Positions 14,041 through 23,899 of a stretch of DNA of 64,000 nucleotides are shown one piece after another. The stretch comes from an uncultured bacterium (GTDB lineage: Bacteria > Krumholzibacteriota > Krumholzibacteriia > Krumholzibacteriales > Krumholzibacteriaceae), in the NCBI GenBank assembly GCA_963813815.1, contig CAWFAD010000007.1:256001-320000 (forward strand). Reading direction: 5' to 3'. Every line of letters begins with the position of its first letter. Position 1 is the stretch's first letter. A model generated the notes under the pieces. The model had not been told where the DNA came from, ran no database searches, and worked only from the letters and a program-made list of their open reading frames with translations. The translations under genes were made by a program, and so were the position numbers.

Positions 14041-15051
14041 CTACTTTATGATCGTGAACTCGACGCGGCGGTTCTGGGCCCTTCCCTCGGCGGTCGCGTT
14101 GTCCGCCACGGGCGTCGTTTCGCCGTAACCTTTCGCGAAGTACAGCTCGGACTTGCACTGCGGGAAGTTCTTGAGAATGTACTCGCGCACGGTCGCGGCG
14201 CGGGCCTCGGAGAGCTTCAGGTTCGATGCGTCGGAGCCCTGCGAGTCGGTATGCCCCGCGATTTCGATCTTCATGTCGACGCACTGGGCGAGCACCGCGC
14301 CGATGGCGTCGAGCTCCTGCTTCGACTCGGGCTTGAGATCCGCCTTGCCCGTCTCGAAGAGGATCTTGAGGGAGGTGATCTTTCCGGTGTCGATGAAGGC
14401 CTTCACGTCGGCGGAACATCCGGTCTCGTCGACCTTCGCGCCCGCCGGGGTGTTCGGGCAGCGGTCGATGCCGTCGTAGACGCCGTCGCCGTCGCCGTCC
14501 TTCGGGCAGCCCTTGTCGTCGACCTTCGCGCCGGCCGGGGTGTCCGGGCAGCGGTCGATGCCGTCGTAGACGCCGTCCCTGTCCGCGTCGGCCGGGCAGC
14601 CGTCCGCGTCGACCGAGGCGCCTTCCGGAGTTCCGGGGCACTTGTCGAGCCCGTCGACCACTCCGTCTCCGTCGGAGTCGAGGTCGCAGCCCTTCGCGTC
14701 GACCTTGGCCCCCGCGGCGGATTTCGGACACTTGTCGAGGCCGTCCGGCACCCCGTCTTTGTCGCCGTCGAGCGGGCAGCCGTTCCGGTCGACGATCGCG
14801 CCGGCCGGAGTGCCCGGGCACAGATCCTTGCCGTCCGAAACGCCGTCGCCGTCGCTGTCCATGTCGGCGCAGGCGCAGTTCGAATTCCACGGCCACGGAG
14901 TGAGGATGACGCAGAGCGCCTTGCTGTCGGGCTTATCCATGAGCTGCGCGCGGCGGGCCTCCGCCTTTTCCTTCCAGCCGGCCGAAGCCGGAGCGAAGGA
15001 AACCGAGAGGACGATGGCCGCGAGAACGAGAACGGACACGAAGACTCTCAT
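14041..15051 (-). CDS. OmpA_C domain protein with thrombospondin type-3-like repeats
   Basis: Signal peptide; five DxDxDGVxDxxDxCP repeats; GHTD and NRRVEF OmpA_C motifs; GGAGG RBS before ATG 15051. Confidence 0.9.
   Translation of the reverse strand: MRVFVSVLVLAAIVLSVSFAPASAGWKEKAEARRAQLMDKPDSKALCVILTPWPWNSNCACADMDSDGDGVSDGKDLCPGTPAGAIVDRNGCPLDGDKDGVPDGLDKCPKSAAGAKVDAKGCDLDSDGDGVVDGLDKCPGTPEGASVDADGCPADADRDGVYDGIDRCPDTPAGAKVDDKGCPKDGDGDGVYDGIDRCPNTPAGAKVDETGCSADVKAFIDTGKITSLKILFETGKADLKPESKQELDAIGAVLAQCVDMKIEIAGHTDSQGSDASNLKLSEARAATVREYILKNFPQCKSELYFAKGYGETTPVADNATAEGRAQNRRVEFTIIK
14411..14860 (-). repeat. Five 90-bp (30 aa) intragenic tandem repeats
   Basis: 14428-14487 and 14518-14577 are identical at 58 of 60 positions. 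Confidence 0.85.
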
Positions 15052-15259
15052 AACCCCTCCTTTGTTCCTGGTTGAGATCTTTCCCCATTCCTTGCGCTGA
15101 GCGTGATGTGTTTGGCTCAGCTGTTTATACCAAAACCCCCCACATTTCTGCAAGGCGTTTTTGTTCTGAGGCGGTTCGGGACGCGAGCCCGGCTTTGTTC
15201 GAGGCGCCCGTCGCCGCGGATGTGGTAGAATGGAAACTGTCAAACGGAGGTGCCGGGCC

Positions 15260-16060
15260 ATGACAGGACTGAAACGCCTTGTTCCGCTCTTTTCTTTCGC
15301 GGCGCTCGCCGCATTCCTGCTCTACTCGTCCGGCGCCGAGGCCGGCGGGGCTCGGGGCGCGATCAGGCTCACGGTCGAGGAAGGCAAGGAGTGGAATCAC
15401 TCCTTCCGCATCATGCTCGTCGGGAAGACGACGAACCGTCCGCAGATGGCCTTATGGCTCGAGGATGCGTCCGGCGCGTACGTGGCGACGATCTACGTCA
15501 CGCGCCGCACGGCGTTGCAGGACTGGCGGGCCGCTTTCGGCGAGAAGCGGGATCGCATCGAGCGCCCCTCGTCGCTTCCCGTGTGGGCGAGAAAGCACGC
15601 CGAGGGAGGCGTCGAGCCGAAATCGCTCTGCGGCGCGTGCCACGGCCTCCACAAGCAGCGGAACAAAGCTTCCGACGATCCCCTGCTGCACGCGATGACC
15701 GGAGCGACGCCGAAGAAGGGCTTCTCGCGGGAGTGGACGCTTCCGCCCGGGATCGAGCCGGGCCGCTACGTCGTTCGCGCCGAGATCAACCACTCGAAGG
15801 ATTTCAACGCCTCCTATTCCGAGGGCGCGAAGGAGGGGGATGCCGGTTGGAGCGGAGGGTCGATGGGATCGGGGCAGCCCTCGCTCGTCTACGGAGGAAC
15901 GATCGTCATCGGCGGCGAACGCTCCTCGGCGGCGCTAGAGAGGATCGGACACGGCGAGCCTTCCGGCGCCGCGGGAGGCGTGACGGGGAACCTCGGCGGG
16001 CTCACGACGGCCCTCGATATCGTCGAATCCATACGGGTCGAGTTCGTGCCGGGCGGATGA
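15260..16060 (+). CDS. Secreted DUF2271-like protein with CxxCH motif
   Basis: Signal peptide; PQMALWLED-G-YVATIYVT and LPVW..TGATP pattern; CGACH; GGAGGT RBS. Confidence 0.75.
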   Translation: MTGLKRLVPLFSFAALAAFLLYSSGAEAGGARGAIRLTVEEGKEWNHSFRIMLVGKTTNRPQMALWLEDASGAYVATIYVTRRTALQDWRAAFGEKRDRIERPSSLPVWARKHAEGGVEPKSLCGACHGLHKQRNKASDDPLLHAMTGATPKKGFSREWTLPPGIEPGRYVVRAEINHSKDFNASYSEGAKEGDAGWSGGSMGSGQPSLVYGGTIVIGGERSSAALERIGHGEPSGAAGGVTGNLGGLTTALDIVESIRVEFVPGG

Positions 16061-16075
16061 TCGTCCGCCGCGCCG

Positions 16076-18436
16076 TCATTCGGCCTCGAGAATAAAGAGC
16101 CTCCCCGAGAGGAAATCGGATATCCAGAGCCTGCCGTCCGACGCGACCTTCCCCTTCGTGATCCGGAACAGGGCGTCTCCGAACTGCCCCGGAACGAAGA
16201 ACGAGACGTTCCTCGAATCGAATCGCGTGTCCCCGTAAGGGTATTCCGATCGGTGGAGCAGCGTGAACTCCCCGGTGCGCGGATCGAGCTGCGCTATGCG
16301 CAGGGCTCCGCCGTCGTGCGACGTCACGACGAGACGGTCGTTCCACGCGAACAGGTTGTCCGGGCGGCCCGGCCAGGGGAGCCGCCGCTCCTTCGCCCCG
16401 GCGCGCACCTCCTGCACGCTGTTCGATGCGTGGTTGGCCACCCACACCGAGGGGCCGAGGCGGCAGAGCGCGAGCGGCTCCTCTCCCGTACGGATCTCTT
16501 CGGCGGCGAAGGTGTTTTTGTCGATCACGGAGACGCTTCGCGAGTCGAAATTGGCGACGTATATATGTCCGTCGTCGAAGACGAGATCGGCCGCCGTGCG
16601 GCCGATCGTCATGCGATGAACGACCGATTTCGCGGCGGGATCGACGATCTGGAGGACGCTCGCGTCCGCGTCCTTTTCGGGAAGGCGGACGAGGTAGAGA
16701 CGGCCGGTCGCGGCGTCGTACTCGAGGATGCGCTGCGTTATCTCCCGGTCGACCGTGTCGGGGAGGGCGATCCGCTGCCCGATCTCGAAGAGGCGGATCT
16801 CGTCGGGAATCGTTCCCACGAACTGCGGCTCGGCGCCCCAGTTGTTCTGCGTGAAATAGAGGGCTCCGGCGGCGTCGAGCGCCATGCGGTGGGCCTGTCG
16901 CGGAATGCGCCGGTCGTAGAATCCGAGATCCTTTTCGTCGATGCGGAGGATGCCGTTTCGCGCGCCCCAGATGTAGACGACGGGCCAGTACGACTGGTGC
17001 GGTCCGTACGAGAGGTACACGTTCCCTTCGCGGTTGCGAACGGTCTCGACGGGGTATTCGACCGGCAGACGGCGCCGCTCGACCCGTCCGTCGGGGCGGA
17101 CCTCTGCGAACTCGTCCTCGTTGTTGAAGACGAGGAAGCTTCCGCGCGCGGGCATTTCGACGAGATCGATCGGGGCCCACGCGGTGTAGATCTTTTCCGC
17201 TTTTCCCGTCGCCGGATCGAGCGCCGTGACCGCGGCGCCGAAGGTGCCGTTGACGGCGGTCGCGCCCTTCGGGTAGTAGAGTTTGCCGTCGTTCGGATTG
17301 AACGCCATCGCGAACTGGTGCGGAATGATGCCGAGATTCTCGATGCGCCGGAGGAGCTTTCTCGCGGCGAGATCGACGACGTCCACCTCGCCGTGCGCCC
17401 AGCTTCCGACGTAGAGCATGCCGCCTCTCTCGTCGACCGCGCTCGCGTCGTTTCCGTAGGCGGGGATCGGGATCTCGCTCACCGCGCCTCCGGCCCCGAA
17501 GTCGACGACGTGCACGGATGGATGGTTGTCGTAGGGGATGTAGACCTCCTGCCGCGCGGGGTTATAGCGGATGCCGACGCCCTCGGTGAATCCGGGGAGC
17601 GCCGCGACGACCGATTCCCCCGTCGTCACGTCGATCTTCGCCGCCTCGATCACCCGGCGGTCGACCGTCTCCACGACGAGGTAGAGATCGTGGCCCGCCT
17701 CGTCGTATCCGGCGAGGTGCCACCTCCCGCCGCTCGTGAGCTTCGTCCCGTGCGAGCTCGAAAGTTTCGCGCTGCGGCCGTCGAAGAGGAAGAGGGTCGA
17801 GGTGTTTCCGTCCACAGCGACGATCGCTCCGAGCTCCGGCGCGGCGACCGCCTTGCGGATCGGGGGCGGGGGAGTGGCGTTGAGATTGCCGAGATCCTCG
17901 CGCGTTTCGAGCCACGGCACGAGCGCGAGCTTGCCCGTTCGCGCCGAGTAGAAACCGATCTCCTTGCTTTCGCGTCCGGTCATGAAGGCGTTCCCCGTCT
18001 CCTCGTCGATCGCGATCGACTCGAACTGCGCGAGCGTCGGCATCGTCGTTGAGGACCGGTCGTCCGGACGGACGATCGAGACGCACCGCGCTCCGATGAG
18101 GTAGATATCCCCCGTTTTCCGGCGGATGGCGAGGGCCTCCGCCTTGAGATGCTGGAGCGAACGCCCCCCGAGGGGTATGTTGTCGACGCGGCGCCCGCCG
18201 CAGTCGATGATCGAGACCGACGAGCTCAGGGTATTCGCCGCCACGAGACGGTTGCGGACGGCGTCCATGGCGAGAAGATGGGGTCCCGCGCCGTTCGCGG
18301 CGAATCCCGCGAGCGCGGCGAAATCGACCGTGGTGACGGCGACGTTCGCTTTTCCCTTCGCCCCGGCGGCCGCCGGGCCGCCCGTCGCCGCGAGGACGAG
18401 CGCGGCCGCGAGCGCCAGTGTGACGGTTCCTTTCAT
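16076..18436 (-). CDS. Large secreted YncE/YVTN-like beta-propeller protein
   Basis: Signal peptide; blades such as IYVANFDSRSVSVID and VWVANHASNSV; AAGGAG RBS. Confidence 0.8.
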   Translation of the reverse strand: MKGTVTLALAAALVLAATGGPAAAGAKGKANVAVTTVDFAALAGFAANGAGPHLLAMDAVRNRLVAANTLSSSVSIIDCGGRRVDNIPLGGRSLQHLKAEALAIRRKTGDIYLIGARCVSIVRPDDRSSTTMPTLAQFESIAIDEETGNAFMTGRESKEIGFYSARTGKLALVPWLETREDLGNLNATPPPPIRKAVAAPELGAIVAVDGNTSTLFLFDGRSAKLSSSHGTKLTSGGRWHLAGYDEAGHDLYLVVETVDRRVIEAAKIDVTTGESVVAALPGFTEGVGIRYNPARQEVYIPYDNHPSVHVVDFGAGGAVSEIPIPAYGNDASAVDERGGMLYVGSWAHGEVDVVDLAARKLLRRIENLGIIPHQFAMAFNPNDGKLYYPKGATAVNGTFGAAVTALDPATGKAEKIYTAWAPIDLVEMPARGSFLVFNNEDEFAEVRPDGRVERRRLPVEYPVETVRNREGNVYLSYGPHQSYWPVVYIWGARNGILRIDEKDLGFYDRRIPRQAHRMALDAAGALYFTQNNWGAEPQFVGTIPDEIRLFEIGQRIALPDTVDREITQRILEYDAATGRLYLVRLPEKDADASVLQIVDPAAKSVVHRMTIGRTAADLVFDDGHIYVANFDSRSVSVIDKNTFAAEEIRTGEEPLALCRLGPSVWVANHASNSVQEVRAGAKERRLPWPGRPDNLFAWNDRLVVTSHDGGALRIAQLDPRTGEFTLLHRSEYPYGDTRFDSRNVSFFVPGQFGDALFRITKGKVASDGRLWISDFLSGRLFILEAE

Positions 18437-18615
18437 CGCGGGTGCTCCTTTCGAGACGCCGGTGATCGTGCTGGCATTTCGGGCGCAGTCAGTATACAAT
18501 CTATCTATAAGGCGGGATAGCCCATTCGCGGCGCCGCCCGAGACGCATCGAGAAGCGAAGGTCCGGCGTTCGCCCTCGCGCCCCGCGCGGCGCAGCCGGA
18601 GCGCAAAGGAGCATC

Positions 18616-20268
18616 ATGAGGACACAGCGCGTCATTCCGGGGCTGCTCGCCATGTTCGCGTTCGCGGCTCTCGCCCGTCCGGTATCGCCGCTCGGGGACG
18701 AGATTTCGATCGCGATCGCGCCGTGTCCCGACGTTCCGGCCGCGCCGGCGGAGGTCGATTCCACCCGGCACGTCATTCACGTGAGCATCGACGGTCTTCG
18801 CTGGGACGCCGTGCAGCGGCTCGGCGCCGCCGCGCCCCATTTCCGCCGCCTGCGCATCGAGGGCTCCTTCACGGAGAACGCGCGGACCGACTACGATTAT
18901 ACCGTCACCCTTCCGAACCACGCCTGCGAGCTCGTGTCCCGTCCCGTTCTCGGACCGGAGGGACACGGCGTCTCCTTCAACACGGACGATCCGAGGACGA
19001 TCGAGGAGGTGCACGGCTCCTATGTGGCCGGCGCCTTCGACGTCGCGCACGATAACGGCCTTCGCACGGCGTGCTGGGCGGGAAAAACGAAATTCGCCAT
19101 CTTCGACCGAAGCTGGAACGATACGACCGGGGCGTACGATTCGACGGGAGAGGACGACGGGCGCGACAAGATCGACGTCTACGGATACAACGCCGATGGC
19201 GGAGCGCTCTTCGGGGCTTTTCTCGCGGACATGGCGTCGCGGCGTCCCCACTACTCGTTCATTCATTTCGCGGGCCCGGACGCCGCGGGGCATGCGTACG
19301 GATGGGAGAGCAAGGAGTACTTCGACGCTCTCATCGAGATCGACGGATACCTCGGTGTCATGCTCGATCTCGTCGAATCGGATCCGGCTCTCGCGGGTCG
19401 CGTCTGGATCGCCGTGGCCGCGGATCACGGCGGCGCCGGCACCGATCACAGCCTCGCGAGCGAGAGCGCGAACTACACGGTTCCGCTCTACCTCTGGGGG
19501 CCCGGCATCGGCGCCGGCGCCGATCTCTACGCCCTGAACCCGTCGACCCGTCTCGATCCGGGCTCGGGGAGACCCGATTACGCGGCGCTTCCGCAGCCGA
19601 TCCGGAACGGAGAGGCGGCGAATATCTGTCTCGATATCCTCGGTTGCCCTTCGGTTCCGGGATCGCTGCTCGACGCGGCGCAAGACCTCACCCTCGCGCC
19701 CCCCGGGGGGCTCCCGTGCGTGTCGATCTCGGCGCCGGCGGCCGGCTCGACCTTCGCCTACCCCTCGGAGGTGACGATCGAGGCGTCGGCGAGCGGGGGG
19801 CTCGGAGGCGTGGCCTACGTCGAGTTCTTCGTGAACGGCGAGCTCGCCGGGGCGGACGCGTCGGCGCCGTACGCGCAGGAGTGGAACGGCGCGCCGATCG
19901 GGGTCCACGGCATCACGGCGAGGGCCGTGTGCTCGACCGGCGCGGCGGCGGCCGCGACCGTCGAGGTCGAGATCTCGTCTACAGCCGACGTTTCCCCGGG
20001 ACATTCCTCGCTCGCGCCGCCGCGCGTGCATCCGAACCCCGCCGGCCGTTTATCGACCATCTCTTTCGATCTTCTCTCGCCGTGCGCGGTCGAGATCAGG
20101 CTCTACGACGTCCTCGGCCGCCGGATCGATACGGTGTATCGCGGCTATCTCGCCGGGGGCTCCCATGCGCTTCCCCTCGACGCGGGCGCCCATCCTCCGG
20201 GGCTCTACTTCTACCAGGTCGCGGCCGGAAACGAATCGCGCGGCGGCAAGGTCATGATCGTGCGGTAG
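18616..20268 (+). CDS. Alkaline phosphatase/phosphodiesterase superfamily protein with Ig-like domain and T9SS-type C-terminal tail
   Basis: SIDGLR, TLPNH, DAAGH, ADHGG; VEFFVNG Ig-like segment; HPNP...IRLYDVLGRRI...GLYFY...KVMIVR. Confidence 0.8.
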   Translation: MRTQRVIPGLLAMFAFAALARPVSPLGDEISIAIAPCPDVPAAPAEVDSTRHVIHVSIDGLRWDAVQRLGAAAPHFRRLRIEGSFTENARTDYDYTVTLPNHACELVSRPVLGPEGHGVSFNTDDPRTIEEVHGSYVAGAFDVAHDNGLRTACWAGKTKFAIFDRSWNDTTGAYDSTGEDDGRDKIDVYGYNADGGALFGAFLADMASRRPHYSFIHFAGPDAAGHAYGWESKEYFDALIEIDGYLGVMLDLVESDPALAGRVWIAVAADHGGAGTDHSLASESANYTVPLYLWGPGIGAGADLYALNPSTRLDPGSGRPDYAALPQPIRNGEAANICLDILGCPSVPGSLLDAAQDLTLAPPGGLPCVSISAPAAGSTFAYPSEVTIEASASGGLGGVAYVEFFVNGELAGADASAPYAQEWNGAPIGVHGITARAVCSTGAAAAATVEVEISSTADVSPGHSSLAPPRVHPNPAGRLSTISFDLLSPCAVEIRLYDVLGRRIDTVYRGYLAGGSHALPLDAGAHPPGLYFYQVAAGNESRGGKVMIVR

Positions 20269-20306
20269 GCCCGCTTCGGACGAGGCGCTCGTCTCCGGGA
20301 AGAGGC

Positions 20307-20972
20307 ATGAACGAACACTTCTCGCCCGTCACGATCGGTATCATCGTTCTCACGTCGCTCGTCTCGATCGCGGGATTCCGCTCCGCGGCGATCCTCGACA
20401 GGTTCGTCTTCGATCCGCGGCGCATTCTCCGCGGCGGCGAGCATGTCCGCCTCCTGTCGAGCGGCCTTCTGCACGCGGACGTGGGGCATCTCGTCGTCAA
20501 CATGTTCAGCCTCTACTCGTTCGGGGGGCCGCTCGAGTCGGAGTACGGGGCGGCCGCGCTCGCCGCGATCTACTTCTCGGCGATACTGGGGGGAAACCTC
20601 CTCTCGCTGTGGCTTCATCGCGGGGAGAGCTATCTCGCGCTTGGGGCCTCCGGGGGCGTCTGCGGCGTCGTCTACGCCGCGATCTTTCTCTTCCCCGGAG
20701 GGAGCGTGATGGTGCTGCCGATCCCCGTTCCCATCCCGTCGTATCTCTACGCCGTCCTTTTCATCTTCATCTCCTTTTTCGGGATGCGCCGGCGATGGGG
20801 AAACGTCGGGCACGACGCGCACCTCGGCGGAGCCGTCATCGGGCTCGCGGTGGCGACGGCGCTTTATCCGGAGATCGTGAGGACGAATCCCGTGCTCTGG
20901 TCGATCGTCATGGCGGTCTCGGCGATCCTCTTCGTGTACCTGTACCGGCGGCAGCGCGCCGCGGGAGGCTAG
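20307..20972 (+). CDS. Rhomboid family intramembrane serine protease
   Basis: HLVVNM, GASG and AHLGGA motifs. Confidence 0.9.
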   Translation: MNEHFSPVTIGIIVLTSLVSIAGFRSAAILDRFVFDPRRILRGGEHVRLLSSGLLHADVGHLVVNMFSLYSFGGPLESEYGAAALAAIYFSAILGGNLLSLWLHRGESYLALGASGGVCGVVYAAIFLFPGGSVMVLPIPVPIPSYLYAVLFIFISFFGMRRRWGNVGHDAHLGGAVIGLAVATALYPEIVRTNPVLWSIVMAVSAILFVYLYRRQRAAGG

Positions 20973-20976
20973 CGGG

Positions 20977-22344
20977 ATGACGCTTCGTTCGATCAATCCG
21001 GCGACGGGCGAGACGATCGGCGAATACGCCGAGCTCACGTCCCGCGAGGCCGCCTCGACGGTCGACGCGGCCGCCGAGGCGTTCGCCCGGTGGAGGGAGA
21101 CCGCGTTCGAGGAGAGATCGCGCCTCATGAGGCGCGCCGCGGCGGCGCTCCGCGATCGCGCCGGAGAGCACGCGCGGCTCATGGCGCTCGAGATGGGCAA
21201 GCCGGTGAGGCAGGGAAGGGCCGAGGTCGAAAAATGCGCCCTCGCGTGCGAGTACTACGCCGACGGCGCCGCGAGGTTCCTCGCCCCCGAGACGGTGCCG
21301 ACCGACGCGCGAAAAAGCTACGTTGCCTTTGCTCCGCTCGGCGTCATTCTCGCCGTCATGCCGTGGAACTTTCCTTTCTGGCAGGTCTTCCGCTTCGCCG
21401 CGCCGGCCCTCATGGCGGGGAACGCCTGCGTTCTCAAGCACGCCTCGAACGTCTGCGGCTCGGCGATCGCGATCGGAGAGGTCTTCGCATCCGCGGGATT
21501 TCCCGAAGGCGTTTTCCGCGTGGCGCTCGTCGGGAGCGGGGGCGTCGATGGGCTCGTGGCGCACCCCGCCGTGCGCGCCGTCACGCTCACGGGGAGTGCC
21601 CCTGCCGGCGGCGCCGTCGCAGCCCGCGCGGGCTCGCTTCTCAAGAAAACGGTTCTCGAACTCGGGGGAAGCGATCCGTACGTCATTCTCGAGGACGCCG
21701 ATCTCGCCTCCGCGGCCGAAATCTGCGCGGCGAGCAGGCTCACGAACTCGGGCCAGAGCTGCATCGCGGCAAAGAGGTTCATCGTGCCCGCGCGGATAGC
21801 GGAGGAATTCACCCGTCTCTTTCTCGAGAGGATGCTCTCGCGCGTCACGGGGGATCCGCTCGACGAGTCGACGGACGTGGGACCGCTCGCGAGGAGCGAC
21901 CTGCGCGACGATCTGCACCGACAGGTCGAGGAAAGCGTCGCCGCGGGGGCCCGTCTTCTCGCCGGCGGCGCGGTGCCGCCGGGTCCCGGCGCGTACTATC
22001 CCGTCACCGTTCTCTCCGGCGTCGCCAAGGGCATGCCCGCCTGCGACGAGGAGCTCTTCGGGCCCGTGGCGGCGATCATCCCCGTGCGCGGCGAGGAGGA
22101 AGCGATCGCGGCCGCGAACGACACGAGCTTCGGCCTCGGCGCGGCGATCTTCTCGGGAGATCCGGACCGCGCCGAACTCATCGCCGCCGAGCGTCTGGAA
22201 GCGGGCTCGTGCTTCGTCAACGCCCTCGTGAAGTCCGATCCGCGGCTTCCGTTCGGAGGGATAAAGGAGAGCGGGTACGGGCGGGAGCTCTCGGCCTTCG
22301 GCATCCGGGAGTTCGTCAACGTGAAGACGGTGTACGTCGGATAG
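20977..22344 (+). CDS. NAD(P)-dependent aldehyde dehydrogenase, succinate-semialdehyde dehydrogenase (Sad) type
   Basis: MPWNFP, TGS, ELGGSDP, SGQSC, EELFGP, PFGGIKESG. Confidence 0.9.
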   Translation: MTLRSINPATGETIGEYAELTSREAASTVDAAAEAFARWRETAFEERSRLMRRAAAALRDRAGEHARLMALEMGKPVRQGRAEVEKCALACEYYADGAARFLAPETVPTDARKSYVAFAPLGVILAVMPWNFPFWQVFRFAAPALMAGNACVLKHASNVCGSAIAIGEVFASAGFPEGVFRVALVGSGGVDGLVAHPAVRAVTLTGSAPAGGAVAARAGSLLKKTVLELGGSDPYVILEDADLASAAEICAASRLTNSGQSCIAAKRFIVPARIAEEFTRLFLERMLSRVTGDPLDESTDVGPLARSDLRDDLHRQVEESVAAGARLLAGGAVPPGPGAYYPVTVLSGVAKGMPACDEELFGPVAAIIPVRGEEEAIAAANDTSFGLGAAIFSGDPDRAELIAAERLEAGSCFVNALVKSDPRLPFGGIKESGYGRELSAFGIREFVNVKTVYVG

Positions 22345-22388
22345 CGTTTCCTCGATGGCGGCCGTTTCGTCGGGGCGCGGAGCGTCCC

Positions 22389-23732
22389 CTACTCGGCCGT
22401 CCCCTCGATGTTTCCATTCCAGAGGTACTTCTTCGTCTCCGCGGCGACGACGCCGGAGAGGACGATGAGGGAAATGAGATTGGGAATCGCCATGAGGGCG
22501 TTCGTGATGTCGGCGAACGACCAGACGAGGCGGATCGTCGCGAGCGATCCGAACATGACGCACACGACCCAGAGCCACCGGTAGAACCGCACGTACCGTA
22601 TGCCGAAGAGGTACTCCGTGGCCTTTTCGCCGTAGTACGACCATCCGAGGATCGTCGAGAAAACGAAGGTGAGAAGACCGAAGGTCAGCACGAGGGGCCC
22701 GAGCACCGGTATCTGGGAGAAGGCCGCCTTCGAGAGGGCGGCGCCGTGCGCGCCGTCGACCCATCTCCCCGAGTTCACCAGCACGAGCCCCGTCATGGCG
22801 CACACGACGACGGTGTCCCAGAACGTTCCGGTGGAGGAGACGAGCGCCTGGCGCACGGGATTTTTCGTCTGCGCCGCCGCCGCGACGATCGGCGCGCTCC
22901 CGAGACCCGATTCGTTCGAAAAGAGCCCGCGGGCGATGCCGTAACGGATCGTTTCCCTCACGCCCGCGCCGAGGAATCCCCCGACGGCCGCTTGCCCGGA
23001 GAAGGCGCCGTCGAAGATGAGACGAAGCGTCTCCGGCATCTCGCGGGCGTTCATGGCGAGGATCGCGGCGCAGCCGCCGACGTAGATGATCGCCATGAGC
23101 GGCACGAGCCGCTCGCACCAGGCGGCGATCGACTTGATGCCTCCGAGGATGACGATCGCGGTGAGCGTCATGATCGCGAGCCCCGTGACCCACTGCGGCA
23201 CGTTGAAGGTCTCCTTCGCCATCGTCGCGATCGCGTTCGCCTGAACCATGTTGCCGATGACGATGGCGGTGATGCACATGAGAAAGGCGAAGACGACCCC
23301 GAGCCAGCGCTGCTTCATGCCGCGCTCGAGCACGTACATCGGTCCCCCCGCCATGAACCCTTCTTTGTTGACGACGCGGTATTTGATCGAGAGCACCGCC
23401 TCGGCGTACTTCGTGGCGATGCCGAAGACCCCCGTGATCCAGATCCAGAACACGGCCCCCGGGCCTCCCGCCGCGATCGCCGTGCCGACGCCGACGATGT
23501 TGCCCGTGCCGATGGTCGAGGCGAGCGCCGTCGTCAGGGCTCCGAACTGGCTGATATCTCCGGTGCCCTCGCGCGAGCGGTGGAAGGAGAGCTTGATCGC
23601 CGTGCCGATGTAACGCTGGATGCACCGGAGCCTGATGGTGAGAAAGACGTGCGTTCCGAGGAGCAGGACGATCATGGGGGGGCCCCAGATCGCGTTGCCC
23701 CACGCCTCGAAGACCTTTTCGACCGTTTCCAT
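22389..23732 (-). CDS. Sodium:alanine/glycine symporter (AGCS family)
   Basis: GTGNIVG, GGPGAVFW, GGPMY, RGLFSNESGLGS. Confidence 0.93.
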   Translation of the reverse strand: METVEKVFEAWGNAIWGPPMIVLLLGTHVFLTIRLRCIQRYIGTAIKLSFHRSREGTGDISQFGALTTALASTIGTGNIVGVGTAIAAGGPGAVFWIWITGVFGIATKYAEAVLSIKYRVVNKEGFMAGGPMYVLERGMKQRWLGVVFAFLMCITAIVIGNMVQANAIATMAKETFNVPQWVTGLAIMTLTAIVILGGIKSIAAWCERLVPLMAIIYVGGCAAILAMNAREMPETLRLIFDGAFSGQAAVGGFLGAGVRETIRYGIARGLFSNESGLGSAPIVAAAAQTKNPVRQALVSSTGTFWDTVVVCAMTGLVLVNSGRWVDGAHGAALSKAAFSQIPVLGPLVLTFGLLTFVFSTILGWSYYGEKATEYLFGIRYVRFYRWLWVVCVMFGSLATIRLVWSFADITNALMAIPNLISLIVLSGVVAAETKKYLWNGNIEGTAE

Positions 23733-23758
23733 CGTTCCCTTCCGCCGCAAATAGGGGC

Positions 23759-23786
23759 ATTCTAGCACAGGAGCGCGTCGTGTCAA
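23759..23786 (-). promoter_or_regulatory. sigma70 promoter of the symporter
   Basis: TTGACA-16-TAGAAT with TGn extension. Confidence 0.65.
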
Positions 23787-23899
23787 TCGTTTGCGCACCG
23801 GCGCGGGCGCGCGGCGAAACGGGCGGATTTTTCTTGCCCGTCGGCCTCGATCGTGGTTTATATAGGGGCCAGAAGATCCGGCGGAAGCCGGGGGAAGGC

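Noticed and set aside
14411..14860. CRISPR-like or diversity-generating repeat
   Set aside because: In-frame 90-bp coding repeats with no unique spacers and no cas or reverse transcriptase gene.
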